Assembly: GCA_964016885.1 (NCBI GenBank)
Contig: OZ024741.1
Coordinates: 46,376,001-46,440,000 of the forward strand
Origin: Eledone cirrhosa
Taxonomy: Eukaryota
Direction of reading: 5' to 3'
Length of the DNA stretch: 64,000 nucleotides
Shown here: in pieces, positions 25,362-38,969 of the stretch
Layout of the letters: every line of letters begins with the position of its first letter
Numbering within the stretch: the stretch's first letter is position 1
Translations under genes and position numbers: made by a program
The notes under the pieces: generated by a model
The model's input: the letters and a program-made list of their open reading frames with translations, nothing else
Told to the model about the DNA's origin: nothing
Databases searched by the model: none

Positions 25362-25695
25362 GCCTTCTTTTTCTTCTTCTGCTTCTTCGCCAACTTATTC
25401 CTGATAGAGTCGTGGGGGAAGAGTTCTCAAACACTCCTTCCAGCGGATCCTCTCTGAAGCAACCGTCTCCAGCTGATCTAGCTGGATTCCCAAGCGAAAC
25501 CGGCCAAACTCATGAATGTTATCCAACCATCTTTCTCGGGGTCTACCCTTGGGTCTTCTGTCAGTTGGTTTTGCCCGTAAAATCTATCCAGAAATTCTTT
25601 CCTGAGACATTCTAACCACATGATGCCCATAGTATCGGAGTTGTGATCTCTCAAGTAGGAGTGTCTCTCTGATCTCCGAGCTACGCACTTGGCTA
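25362..25695 (-). mobile_element. RTE-clade LINE 3' fragment
   Basis: Minus frame AKPTDRRPKGRPRERWLDNI; (AAG)-like 3' tail. Confidence 0.7.
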
Positions 25696-25826
25696 AAAAA
25701 GAATATCGATAAAATAAATATCAGACTTTAAAAATAGGTACTTGAGCAGATATGATCAGCTAAAACCCTTTTAGATGGTGCCCAAGCATGACCATAATTT
25801 AATGACCGAAAAGCGTAAAAGAGTAT

Positions 25827-26008
25827 AATCATTTCTACGTCGTTTGGCACAAGGTCAGCAATTACCACAGTGCATTACTGGTGCTTTATTCTTTCGAACC
25901 CGTAAGGATGAAAGGCAAAATTAACCTCAATGGGGTTTGAACTCAGAACGGAAAGGGCTATAATTCTATGCAGCAGATCATGGTGTCTGACGCTCTACCA
26001 ATACTGCC
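25827..26008 (-). mobile_element. tRNA-derived SINE (~190-bp family) with target-site duplication
   Basis: Homologous to 36423-36611; AAAAGAGTATAAT is duplicated on both flanks. Confidence 0.8.
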
Positions 26009-26519
26009 AAAAGAGTATAATAGTAGTTAAATGACTGTTATATTATTTTATCTAATTGAACAGATAATTTACATATACCAACAACTATACCATAGTATAC
26101 TTATTTTATGCTTACTGATTTGTTTCAATTTCAATTTTATCCTATAATAAAATGTATTTTAATTTATACTCTAATGCTTTCAATTTTGCCCCAATTTCTC
26201 TCGATTTCACATGAGATGTTTCTATTGAAAATTCTTGTCTAGATAATACCAAATTATCTCCAATAACAACATATACTTACGGACATTCACTTCAATTACA
26301 TATAATATATATGCAATGGATTAATATATATGTATTTACATATATATGCGCCAAAGGTTATATACACATATAGATTTATATATACATATATGTATATATA
26401 AGTATAATGGATATTTAATTTGTTGGAAATACAACAAATAAATATAAATGTTTATAACTGATTCAGAGCATATTCAATGATATTAAATAAATGGAAACTA
26501 TATTTATAAAACCATATTT

Positions 26520-26579
26520 ATTCAATTATATATATTTCAAGGGTACCAAACTTTTGGTACGCTATCATCAGATAAAATA
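26520..26579 (-). ncRNA. Hammerhead ribozyme (E1, mirror copy)
   Basis: Reverse complement of 29714-29773. Confidence 0.7.
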
Positions 26580-29500
26580 CAAAATGTTTTATAAATATTT
26601 GACAAGACCAAGGATAATATACCTTAACAGTTCAAGTTATCCCTGGAAAGTGAGGGGAAGAGAGAAAACAGATATTTAAAATTATTAATATGAGTATGCA
26701 AATGAGGTTTATATTAAAGGGTTGAAAAAACCTTATTTTAGACACTATGGAAAATTTGAATAATTATGATAAGTTATTGTATGCGTAGGAAGGAAGAGAA
26801 AGAGAAAGAAATAACATTAATTTGGAGGGAAAAGTTTTTGTTACCTATATTATGAGTTATAATATTGTATATATAATCAATTAGATTATATGAAGAATTA
26901 TGGTTGTAAGTATTTTTACCTTATTACATTAGGATAGGTTATATGTATATAAATATATAAATATATGTTGATAAGTTGCGTATGTATTGATTGTTTATAT
27001 ATCAAATATGAATTACGAAGGATGTTGAAATTTTATTTTCAAGTTGTGAGATTAGAATAATTTGTGGATTCAAACATTTTGTTCAACATTGAGAATGTTT
27101 TCAGAATATTGTTAATTTAACGAAGCTATATAAATTATCAAACAAAAAATCGTTAAAGAAGAAGGAAGATAAGAAGAAGGAAAAGGAAGACCACTTAAAC
27201 GTTATTTGGGGGAAGTATATTCAGACATTTGTTTATATTTATATGGAGAATTATTTATCTTATTATAATAATATATAAATATCTATATATATTTTAATAA
27301 TAGCATATGTATTTTTATTAAAAGGATAGTTTGTTTATAACATGAGTTACGAGAGATGTTGATTTATAAATAAATAAATAGGTAGTTCAAGTTATAGGTG
27401 GTTGTTCATAATATAAGTTACTAGGGAAGTTGATTTTGTATTTTATGTAAATAAATAGGTAGTTAAAATTGATAAGGTTTTAAATTAAATTAACGGAGTT
27501 ATGTATAAAAAGTTTTTATGATTGAAAAAAGGACAGATAACTCCGATTGTTTGTTAATCGCTAGTGTGTGATTAATTATTTAGTCTAAAGAAATATGAAT
27601 ATTTAAACATCATCTTGAATAGGATACATTTTACTAACAACAGTTGATGGTTATTAATCTCCATTAAAAAATTAGCTTTAGAGGGTGTCATTAGAAAAAT
27701 AATTAAGAAAAAAGAATTAAAAAATAAAAAAATTTTTTTAATTAAAATTAGAATTATATAGAAACACATAATATTGAAGTACATAAATATATATAAATAT
27801 CTATACACATACACACGTACATATATATTATAAGAAATTTTAGAGATATTATGATTTAATACTATATTAAAGATATGAGATATGATTTAATACTATATTA
27901 AAAGTATTAAAAATATAAAATGTTAGAGCAAATAGGATCATTTTGGAGATTAATAGGAATATTATAAGTATATTATAAGTTACATATAGTTCTGAATGTA
28001 GAATTTTGGCGATGTGTGCAAGAACTAAATATCTCTGTCCTGAGATTAATAGAGTCTTACAATTAATTATATACATAATTTACAGAATCTTGATAAAGCC
28101 GTGTTTCGGTACGCAGGTGCTTTCGAAATCGTTTTCAATATCTTGGAAAACGATTTCGAAAGCACCTGCGTACCGAAACACGGCTTTATCAAGATTTTGT
28201 AAATTATGTATTGAAGAAATTTTTTATATAATTAATTGTAAAAACTCTATTAATCTCAGGACAGAGATATTTACTTCTTGCAGACATCGCCAAAATTCAA
28301 CATTCAGAACTATATGTAACTTATAATATACTTATAATATTCCTATTAATCTTCAAAATGATCCTATCTGCTCGAACATTTTATATTTTTAATACTTTTA
28401 ATATACTAATATCTCTAAATCATAATATCACTAAAATTTCTTATAATTTATGTACGTGTGTATGTGTATATATATTTATATATATTTATGTACTTCTATA
28501 TTATGTGCTTCTATATAATTCTAATTTTAATTTTAATCTTAATTTTAATTTTAATTTTTTTTTTTTTAAATTCTTTTTTCTTAATTATTTTTCTAATGAC
28601 ACCCTCTAAAGCTAATTTTTAAATGTAGATTAATAACCATTAACTGTTTTTAGTAAAATATATCCTATTCAAGATGATGTTTAAATATTCATATTTCTTT
28701 AGACTAAATAATTAATCACACACTAGCGATTAACAAACAATCGGAGTTATCTTTCCTTTTTTCAATCATAAAAACGTTTTATACATAACTCCGTTAATTT
28801 AATTTAAAACCTTATCAATTTTTTTTAACTACCTATTTATCTACATAAAATACAAAATCAACTTCCCTAGTAACTTATATTATGAACAACCACCTATAAC
28901 TTGAACTACCTATTTATTTATTTATAAATCAACATCTCTCGTAACTCATGTTATAAACAAACTATCCTTTTAATAAAAATATATATGCTATTATTAAAAT
29001 ATATATAGATATTTATATATTATTATAATAAGATAAATAATTCTCCATATAAATATAAACAAATGTCTGAATATACTTCCCCCAAATAACGTTTAAGTGG
29101 TCTTCCTTTTCCTTCTTCTTATCTTCCTTCTTCTTTAACGATTTTTTATTTGATAATTTATATGGCTTCGTTAAATTAATAATATTCTGAAAACATTCTC
29201 AATGTTGAACAAAATGTTTGAATCCACAAATTATTCTAATCTCACAACTTGAAAATAAAATTTCAACATCCTTCGTAATTCATATTTGATATATAAACAA
29301 TCAATACATACGCAACTTATCAACATATATTTATATATTTATATACATATAACCTATCCTAATGTAATAAGGTAAAAATACTTACAACCATAATTCTTCA
29401 TATAATCTAATTGATTATATATACAATATTATAACTCATAATATAGGTAGCAAAAGATTTTTCCAAAAATTAACGTTATTCCTTTCTCTTCCTCTTCGCA

Positions 29501-29713
29501 TACAATACGCATACAATAACTTATCATAATTATTTAAATTTTCCATAGTGTCTAAAATAACGTTTTTTCAACCCTTTAATATAAAAGTTATATGCATATT
29601 CATATTAATAATTTTAAATATCTGTTTTCTCTCTTCCCTTCACTTTCCAGAGATAACTTGAACCGTTAAGGTATATTATCCTTGGTCATGTCAAATATTT
29701 ATAAAACATTTTG

Positions 29714-29773
29714 TATTTTATCTGATGATAGCGTACCAAAAGTTTGGTACCCTTGAAATATATATAATTGAAT
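29714..29773 (+). ncRNA. Hammerhead ribozyme (E1)
   Basis: TATTTTAT-CTGATGA-..GTACCAAA ag TTTGGTAC..-GAAAT-ATAT-ATA-ATTGAATA. Confidence 0.72.
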
Positions 29774-29818
29774 AAATATGGTTTCATAAATATAGTTTCC
29801 ATTTATTTAATATCCATT

Positions 29819-29857
<39 letters not shown>

Positions 29858-29986
29858 TAAAGAGATATTTAATTTGCTGGTAATTCAACAAATTTATTTA
29901 TAACAGATTCGAAGCACTCGATAGGTTTCCTGGAGTATAAGATCAATGATATTAATAAATGGAAACTATATTTATAAAACCATATT

Positions 29987-30049
29987 TATTTTATTATATA
30001 TATTTCAAGGGTTCCAAAAAACTTTGGTACGCTCTCATCAGATAAAATA
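29987..30049 (-). ncRNA. Hammerhead ribozyme (E2, mirror copy)
   Basis: Reverse complement of 32565-32627. Confidence 0.78.
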
Positions 30050-32564
30050 CAAAATTTGTTTCATAACTAATGACATACCCGAGAAACCAGGTTCCGTTTG
30101 GATAGTGAAAGAAAAGGAAAAAGAGAAAAATGTCTAATCTTTAGGATGGATATGTAAATGAAGTATAAGTGTAGACTGAAATATCGTTATATTTAGACGC
30201 TAGGTAAATTTAAATAATTATTAGGATACTTTATAAAAGAAGAAGAAAAAAGAAGAAAGAGAGGCTAATATTAGTATTAGTGTGTAAGTAAATTTAAAAA
30301 TTAAAAATTAAAAATCTGTTGAAGTGGTAGAATACTAATCCAAAAGTTTAAAATATATATAACCAAATCATGAGTTATAATATAGATAATCTATATAATT
30401 AGATTTTATGAGGAATTAAGGTTGTAAGTACACTTTAGCTAAACAACCGATCATTTATATACATATTTATATAAATAAATAAAAATATATAATATTATTA
30501 ATATATATGATGTTATTAATATAATATTATTAATATATATGATGTTATTAATTCAAATATAATTTAAGGGTTACGAAGGATGTTGTGTTTACATTTTTAA
30601 TATATAGTTAAGAAAAAGACGTAGTTCGAATGTTATTAAAGAAGAACTTTTTGTACATTCAATTAATTCAATCAAGATAGAAAACATTTGCCGGAAAATT
30701 ATTTAGTTAACGAAAATTATAGAGACTTTAGTAATTATGTTGTTAAGAAGAGATGATGTTTATGCGTGCTATATTATGAAGGAAAAAGAAAAGGAAAAGA
30801 TTACTCCAATGTTTGTTAGTTACTCTATTTATGTTAGATTTGTCATTTATTTCAGAATTTACTTTTTAAAAAATGCAGAATGTATGTGGAGAATATTTTA
30901 TATATTATTTTGTGTATGATTATAAGGTATTTTATATTACATGTTTTCAAAGATAAGAATTCCTTTTATATATGTATTTAGATATTATCTATATAGTCAA
31001 TTAGAAAGAAAATATTATTACAGACATCATGAGTGCATTTAGAAAACTATCACGAAAAAGGATATATTTCAAAATATCAATTAAGTAATATCAATTAAAA
31101 AATATAAAAAATATCAATTAAAAAAATACTAAGAAGAATATCAATTGGAAAAGAATATCATTTGTGAAAATATTACATAAAAAGAAAAATATCATTAAAA
31201 GTCACAACTAAACATCGACAGAAGAATAGTGAAGACATAAAATGTGAATACTTCGGAAAGTCATTTTTTGACGATGTCTGCAGGAACTGAATATTTCTTT
31301 CTTTAAGTTGATAGAATTTTGGCAGGTAAGTATGACAGATTCTTGAGAGAGCCATATTTAGGTATGCGGGTGCTTTCGAAATCGTTACCCAAGAGATTGA
31401 ATAATCAATATCATTGTCTTTTAAATACCAAATTAGATGTGAAAGTGATGTAGAAAATGTTTTATCGGATCTATTAAATGTATGTTTATGATTAAACCAG
31501 CGTTCTTTAAATTTTGTAGAAATGGCTCCTATATAGTTATTTGTTATATTACATTTGCATACTAAGTTTTTATCTAGGCAATTATTCTGTAAAGGGCAAT
31601 TTGATTCATTTCTACAGTTACATTTTCGAAAGTTAATGTTACTAGGAACGGTAATATTATTATTAGTATTAATAGTGTTATTAATAATATTAGTAATATT
31701 AATCATACACAAAATAATATATAAAATTTTCTCCACAGACATTCCGCATTTTTTAAAAGTAAATTCTGAAATAAATGTCAAATCTAACATAAATAGTGTA
31801 ACTAACAAACATTGGAGTAATCTTTTCCTTTTCTTTTTCCTTCATAATATAGCACGCATAAACATCATCTCTTCTTAACAACATAATTACTATAGTCTCT
31901 ATAATTTTCGTTAACTAAATAATTTTCCGCAAATGTTTTCTATCTTGATTGAATTAATTGAATGTACAAAAAGTTCTTCTTTAATAAAATTCGAACTACG
32001 TCTTTTTCTTAACTATTTATTGAAAATGTAAACACAACATCCTTCGTAACCCTTAAATTATATTTGAATTAATAACAGCATATATAATCACCAATAATAT
32101 TATATATTTTTATTTATTTATATAAATATGTATATAAATGACCGGTTGTAATATAATAAGCTAAAGTGTACTTACAACCTTAATTCCTCATAAAATCTAA
32201 TTATATAGATTATCTATATTATAACTCATGATTTGGTTATATATATTTTAAATTTTTGGATTAGTATTCTACCACTTCAACAGATTTTTAATTTTTAATT
32301 TTTAAATTTACTTACACACTAATACTAATATTAGCCTCTCTTTCTTCTTTCTTCTTCTTCTTTTATAAAGTATCCTAATAATTATTTAAATTTACCTAGC
32401 GTCTAAATATAACAATATTTCAGTCTACGCTTATACTTCATTTACATATCCATCCTAAAGATTAGAAATTATTCTCTTTTTCCTTTTCTTTCACTATCCA
32501 AACGGAACCTGAACCGATAAGGTCTGGTTTCTCGGGTATGTCACTAGGTATAAAACAAATTTTG

Positions 32565-32627
32565 TATTTTATCTGATGAGAGCGTACCAAAGTTTTTTGG
32601 AACCCTTGAAATATATATAATAAAATA
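32565..32627 (+). ncRNA. Hammerhead ribozyme (E2)
   Basis: 8-bp stem I TATTTTAT/ATAAAATA, CTGATGA, GAAAT-ATAT-ATA. Confidence 0.8.
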
Positions 32628-32789
32628 ATTATGGTTTTATAAATATAGTTTCCATTTATTAATATCGAGTGCTTCGAATCTGTTATAAATAAATTTGTTG
32701 AATTACCAGCAAATTAAATATCTCTTTGCTTATAAATAGCTACTTTAATGTAGAGCACTTTAAACTATAACAGATGCAAAGAATTAATA

Positions 32790-35185
32790 ATGGAATTTTT
32801 TAAGATCTCTTCTTCTCTAAAGAACCCTTGCCTAAAAATAAAGAATATGTTAAACGATTCTTTCATAAGGAGACTTAGATGGCGCGCTTTCCATTTTGAT
32901 AAGAAATCGGAAAAAGAAAGAAAGAAATCCAAATATAATTTTGATCTTATTTTCAAATCAAGTAACGTTAAATTTAAAAGCAACCAATATATTGGCCAGG
33001 AATACCTCAAAGGCCTCAAAGACAAAATAGACACTCTCGAAAAAACAAAGTAGATCCTTGTAAAATCGGACAAAACCAATAATTTATACGGTATCGAAAA
33101 GGACGCTTAAAATAACGTAGTACTGAAGGAACTTAGGAAAATCTATAAAAAAAAACATCAAATGAAGATCTATCAACCCTAAATAAAGAAGCTTCGGAAA
33201 TTATTTATAAATTAGGCATTCAAAATAAGACAGAACTTTTTATACCTAGAAAACCGAAGATTAATATGAAGGACCACAAAAGAAATTTTGAAGTTGAACT
33301 ACCAGTCAGACTCATCGCAAATCTAAATCTGACTTAGGCATAATTATCAAACATATACTAGATAGGATTATACCTGTACGTAAGCTAAAATCACATCTGA
33401 AACTATGGAACGGAACAAATGAAGTAATAGATTGGTTTGCAGACATTAATTTAAAACATAAGAAAAAATTTATTCAAATGGATATTGCAAATTACAACTC
33501 CTCAATTACCCCTAGCTTACTTAATAAGGCACTTATTTACGCTTCTAAATATACAGACCTATCTAGTGATGAAATAAATATCATTCTAACTGCACGTAAA
33601 ACCCTAATCGAATTTAATAACTATCTCTGGACAAGGGATGATAGACAAAACAACTTTGATATCACTATGGGATCATCGGACTCAGCTCAAGTAACAGACC
33701 TCGTTGGATTATTTATTCTTAATGTACTACATAGGAAAATTCCAGAGATGACCGGAGGTTTATATCGCGACGATATGCTACTTTTAATCGAAAACCATAG
33801 CAATAGTGAACTTAACAGGAAAAAGAAATCTATCATAGAATGTTTAAATAACTACAACCTTAAATTAGAAATCGAGAATAATAATAAAACTGTTAACTTC
33901 TTAGATGTAACTTTAAACCTTAACTCAGGTCTATATTATCCTTTCCATAAAATTAATGAAAACCTAAATTACGTAAGCTTCAATTCTAACCATCCTAGTA
34001 ATATAAAAAAATACTGTTGTCAATAGTGTCTAGCAACGAATTTCACGCATTTCAGCTAATACAAATATTTTTGATAATGAGGCAGAATATTACAATGATG
34101 CTTTACATAGAGCTGGCTACATGAATAAAATTAAACACTTAGATAACAATAACATGCAAAATCTTCCTGAAATTCACTATAATAATTGTTTCTACTTTAG
34201 GCACAAGGCCAGCAATTATCCCAGTGTATTACTGGTACTTTATTTTATCGACCCCGTAAAGATGAAAGGCAAAGTTAACCTCGGCGGGATTTGAACTCAG
34301 ACCATAAAGGGCCGTAACTCTATTCTGCAAAGCATGGCGTCCGACACTCTACCGATACTGCCAATCCACCAATTCACTATAACAAGGCACTATAATAATA
34401 GTAATACACAATTTAACTTGAATAGTAAACCAAACAAAAGAACTAGAACTAGAAATATAAGTTGGTACTCTCCCCCCATTCTCATTAGGGGTTAAAACAC
34501 CTCTAGCAAAACTAATTTTTCAAAGCATTAGATAAATGTTTTCCTAAATCCCACAGATACCACTCTATTTTTAACAGACAGTCTATAAAACTATCTTACT
34601 CTACTACCATGAACATAGCACAAAATATAAATAGAATTAATAATAGAAGCTTAAATTTAAACCAAAACCAATTAAACCATGATAACAATATTAATATTAC
34701 TAATAACATTATTAATACTAATAATAATAGTACCGTTCCTAGTAACATTAACTCTCGAAAATGAAACTGTAGAAATGAATCAAATTGCCCTTTACAGAAT
34801 AATTGCCTAGATAAAAACTTAGTATATAAATTCATAGTAAAAACTAAAGATGAAAAATATAACTATATAGGAGCCACTTCTACAAAATTTAAAGAACGCT
34901 AGTATAATCATAAACATACATTTAATAGATCCGATAAAACATTTTCTACATCACTTTCACATCTAATTTGGTACTTAAAAGACAATAATATTGACTATTC
35001 AATCTCTTGGGGAACGATTTCGAAAGCACCCGCATACCTAAATATGGCTCTCTCAAGAATCTGTCATTTGTGTATCGAAGAAATTTTTTATATACTTACC
35101 TGCCAAAATTCTATCAACTTAAAGAAAGAAATATTCAGTTCCTGCAGACATCGCCAAAGAATGATTTTCCGAAGTATTTTTAATC
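32790..35185 (+). pseudogene. Decayed PLE RT and GIY-YIG ORF (resembles the Hydra clade)
   Basis: RRLRW, KSDKTNNLY, KDHK, EVIDWF, MDIANY, FDITMGSSDSAQ, GLYRDD, NFLDV, (C)NCR....CPL, YIGAT, SCRHR. Several stops and frameshifts and one SINE insertion. The clade call rests on motif recall only. Confidence 0.85.
34183..34370 (-). mobile_element. tRNA-derived SINE inserted into the PLE ORF
   Basis: Target-site duplication AATTCACTATAA at 34171 and 34371. Confidence 0.9.
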
Positions 35186-35424
35186 TATAGTATATAATTC
35201 ACTTATTCACATTCTATATGTCTTCACTATTCTTTTGTCGGTGTTTAGTTGTGATTTTGAATGATATTTTTCTTTTTATGTAATATTTTTACAAATTATT
35301 TTTACAAATGATATTCTTTTCCAATTGATATTCTTCTCAGTATTTTTTTAATTGATATTTTTTTAATTGGTATTTTTTATATTTTTTAATTGATATTTTG
35401 TAATTGGTATTTTGAAATATATCC

Positions 35425-36410
35425 TAGACTTAAAGATGAAAGTAGTAGAAAAGCCAGGAACTACCATAAAATCTCTGATCAGCAAAACATACCCTTTTAA
35501 GAAAACCCAGTGTACTAATAAGAAATGTGTTATATGTAAAGTGAACCCCCAGATAAACTGTAAAACTAGAAACGTAGTCTATAGCATAAGATGTACAGAG
35601 GGTACTTGCAGAAACATGACAACAACATACATAGGCGAGACAGATCGAAGCATAGGAGAAAGGATAGACCAACACTGGGGGGGGGGGGGTAAAAGGACGA
35701 AAAAACGGTTCAGTACAACATGACGGTAACATAGACAACATAGAAATTAAAATATCTAAACATAGAAATGACCCAACAGATAGGCAAATCAGAGAGGCAA
35801 GCGAAATAGAGCTTAAAAGACTAAAGCTAAACAGAAAAAAAAATGAATGGAATAACAACAACACCCAAACAAACAACACTACTTAAGAGAAATATAAATA
35901 AATAAATAAATAAATATATACACAAGCACAATAACAACAAACACATATAAACACACACTAGTAAACTAAGATAGAATACAATAACCAAAACACAGTCACC
36001 CAAACGCAAACACACACCAAACACATGCGCAGAGAAGAAGAAAAAAATAAATAAATAAATAAACAGATAAAATAAAAATGGCGTAGACATACAATACAAC
36101 AGGAGGAACATAATAGTACCACTGATGATGTTGCAAATGTGCAACGAAAGAACTTTGTTAGACTATATATATGTGTTTATATCTGTATTTTTGACCGTTG
36201 GTCAGTCGATGATAAACATTGAGGACCAAATGAATTAACTGTGGAGATGTAAAAAATACAGAAGCTAAAACCAACCAAACAGTGAGTGTGTTCTGTTAAT
36301 ATTTCTGGCGATATTATTACAACCAATATGACCCTCCCCAAGTATAACAATATTTGTTTCGACACACGATTTCATATCAAAAACCTCGCAAAACAAATTC
36401 ATCGCCGTTA
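35425..36410 (+). mobile_element. Diverged PLE A-like 3' fragment (EN, 3' UTR, HHR, tail) ending in (TA)n
   Basis: KVVEKPGTTIKSLISKTYPF..TQCTNKKCVIC...YIGETDR; tail MTLPKYNNICFDTRF. Confidence 0.88.
36117..36160 (+). ncRNA. Minimal hammerhead ribozyme
   Basis: TACCA-CTGATGA-T-GTTGCA aatg TGCAAC-GAAAG-AA-CTT-TGTTA. Stem II differs in sequence from 7045 but still pairs. Confidence 0.8.
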
Positions 36411-36422
36411 TATATATATAAT

Positions 36423-36611
36423 GGGCGGTGGATTGGCAGTATCGGTAGAGAGTCGGACGCCATGCTTTGCAGCATAGTTACGTCACTTTACGGTCTGAGT
36501 TCAAATCCCGCCGAAGTTAACTTTGCCTTTCATCCTTACGGGGTTGATAAAATAAAGTACCAGTAATGTACTGAGAAATTGCTGGCCTTGTGCCAAAAGT
36601 AGAAACAGTTA
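36423..36611 (+). mobile_element. tRNA-derived SINE (~190-bp family, octopus-like)
   Basis: GGCGGTGGATTGGCAGTATCGGTAG (A box)...GAGTTCAAATCC (B box)...GCCTTTCATCC...GGCCTTGTGCCAAAAGTAGAAAC. Confidence 0.88.
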
Positions 36612-36644
36612 TATATATATATACATATACATATATATATATAT

Positions 36645-36736
36645 ATTAATAAGAGGAATTCCAACTTTGTCTGATTTACTCGTTCTATTAATATTATTAA
36701 TATAATCTTCTATACACAATCATACACACCCGTGTA

Positions 36737-36737
<1 letters not shown>
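36645..36737. repeat. Internally deleted copy of the 54921-55330 fold-back element
   Basis: Keeps the left end (GGAATTCCAACTTTGTCTGATTTACTCGTT) and the tail (TAATCTTCTATACACAATCATACACAC). Confidence 0.8.
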
Positions 36738-36785
<48 letters not shown>

Positions 36786-37032
36786 CTCTCTCCTATCTCA
36801 AGAATCTAGCTGTCGTCTGTTCTACAGTGTGGATGTCATTCACTTCGCACAGAAGTTTTGTTCAAATTTATTGAAGAAATTTTGTGAGTTCAAACTTAAT
36901 TTTGATACAATTGTGTAGCTTGACCCTCCGTCTGAACTGTCAGGCGGTGGGTCAGCTCATCTTTACCCCTCCTAGAGGTGAAAAACCTGTTTTAAAAAAT
37001 TTTGTGTAAAAAATTTCAATCGTCTAACAGAA

Positions 37033-38936
37033 ATGTTAAACGCAGCGAACGAAAATAGTGGTGGGGGGACAGCGGTAAGAGTTGTAAGCTCGCACGCTTT
37101 AGTCCTCCCTTCCTTCCCAACTAACGTCATAGAGAAGGAAGGAAAAATTAAAATAAAAACGGACGAATCTGCGGAGAAAAAATTAAATGACGAAAACATA
37201 AATCTGGACTTGGATTCCAACAACGAAAAAAAAAAAATTTGAAAAATTGCATGACAATACTAATAACACAAACAAAGACACAACAAACAAAAAAATAACA
37301 GTTGAAAATAACACCATATCAGAAAACAAAGCAGACGACAAGATTTCATTTGCACAGAAAACAAAGAAATCTTTGACTTATATAGCGGAAAACATTTCAG
37401 ATGTGGTACGAAGGATCACGGACGCCAAACAATACATAAGTGAAGGTGAGAATGGTATTTTTTATTGGTAAAAATGCCTCAAGAATTCACGAAAGACATT
37501 GAAAGCCGAACGGTCAAGTTTCGGACCATCAACAACAGTACAAAAAACCTGAACAGCCTTCTCAAGCAGATATCAAAACAGTACTCACAGAAGTACTGAA
37601 TGAAACAACTTTCATAAGAAAAGACAGACTGTATGGAAGCCTAGCAATTATCATGAAGAACGAATCGGCGGCAAAAAAATGTGCTTTGTCACCGATTCGT
37701 TCGAAAAATTTCACCTTTTATCCATCTTATATGGGGAAAAGAACTCAACGCATATGGCTGGATGCAATGATGCCAGATGTGGACTACTGCTGGCTCATAG
37801 CTGGCTTCATCGATCCAGTGAATGACAACGTGATTTCCATTGGGAAAACCACAGGCAATGCGTTCAGTGGAACAGGTATAGAGCTGGTAGTACAAATGAA
37901 GCCTGAACGCATCGCCCAAATACCCGACAGAATCCTATTAGAGGACCACGGGTATATAAACATTAGCGTGGAGGGGAGAAGGCCGTCCTGCCATATCTGT
38001 GCAGGCAGAGGGCACCTGAAGGCCGCTTGTCCCCAACTCAACAAAAAGAAAACCCTGCTACCAACACCAGCTCCACCACCACCACCACAACAGATAAACA
38101 AACAACAAAACTCAGTCCCACCCAACCCGTCCCTCAGTAAAACCACAACACCACCACAACACAAACAGTCACAACACATTACCCCAAAACAAAATACAGG
38201 CCCACCCAACCTCTCACTCAATAAAACAACACAACCACCGCAGACACAACACACAACACAGTCTAACATAGTGACATCCATCTCCCCCACAAAGAAAACC
38301 AACACGGAAACATTACCAGCAAACATACCTCTTCCCTCCAACACTGAAGATAACCCAACGAATTCGGAGGAAGAAACGGAGTCCTTCAGACAGATTAAAA
38401 GGAAAAAAAGAAAACATGTGCAAAACACACAAGGACAAACAACCCCCACCCAAATCGCAACACAATCCAACAAAACAGAAAACACCCCTCCAGCAACAAA
38501 CAAAACCAAACCTGCCCCTCCCCTCTTCGAAACACTCACACCATCGGAAAAAAAGACATTACACTATACTTACATCAACAGAAACAATAATAAATTAAAT
38601 GAACTCATATACAATAATCCTTCGGTACAAACCGAAGGTGTAAACTTTGTTTCGTCAGAAAACCACCCACATTTAAAACTAATAAAAATCCCAATGAACC
38701 TCTACCAAAAACTAAAAAAGGATTTTAAGGAGGACGTAGGACCACCCTCTGTCAAACCCATAAACCGCGTCCTACTAAAAAGCTTTCCCCCTCCCCTTCC
38801 CCTCCCCAACACAACTCCAAACACCCCAACCCCACCACACACTGACGACCCCACACCACCACAAGACACCCCTTCACCCAACACCCCCGACCCCATGGAA
38901 GTCGTGCAACCCGAACCCCGGGAAGCGGAAAGGTAG
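37033..38936 (+). pseudogene. Tx1 ORF1 (gag-like, frameshifted in the 5' part)
   Basis: Pieces at 37033-37242, 37247-37471 and 37653-38936; zinc knuckle CHICAGRGHLKAAC; Pro/Thr-rich tail. Confidence 0.8.
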
Positions 38937-38969
38937 GTCTCTACACTCTCCTTTGGCTCTGCCGCCCAC

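Larger units (their letters stand above)
26400..29820. mobile_element. PLE family E1: 3.3-kb fold-back of the EN C-terminus and a long 3' UTR (arms 26479-28136 and 28146-29814)
   Basis: ORF 28006-28326, ISWKTISKAPAY...CKLCIEE...NLRTEIFTSCRHR; HHRs near both ends; TA-repeat flanks. Confidence 0.88.
29855..35424. mobile_element. PLE family E2: truncated minus copy (31700-29855) head-to-head with a pLTR plus decayed full ORF (31700-35424)
   Basis: 29855-30920 is inverted at 31700-32730, and the EN region 31173-31700 is inverted at ~34690-35300. Confidence 0.85.
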
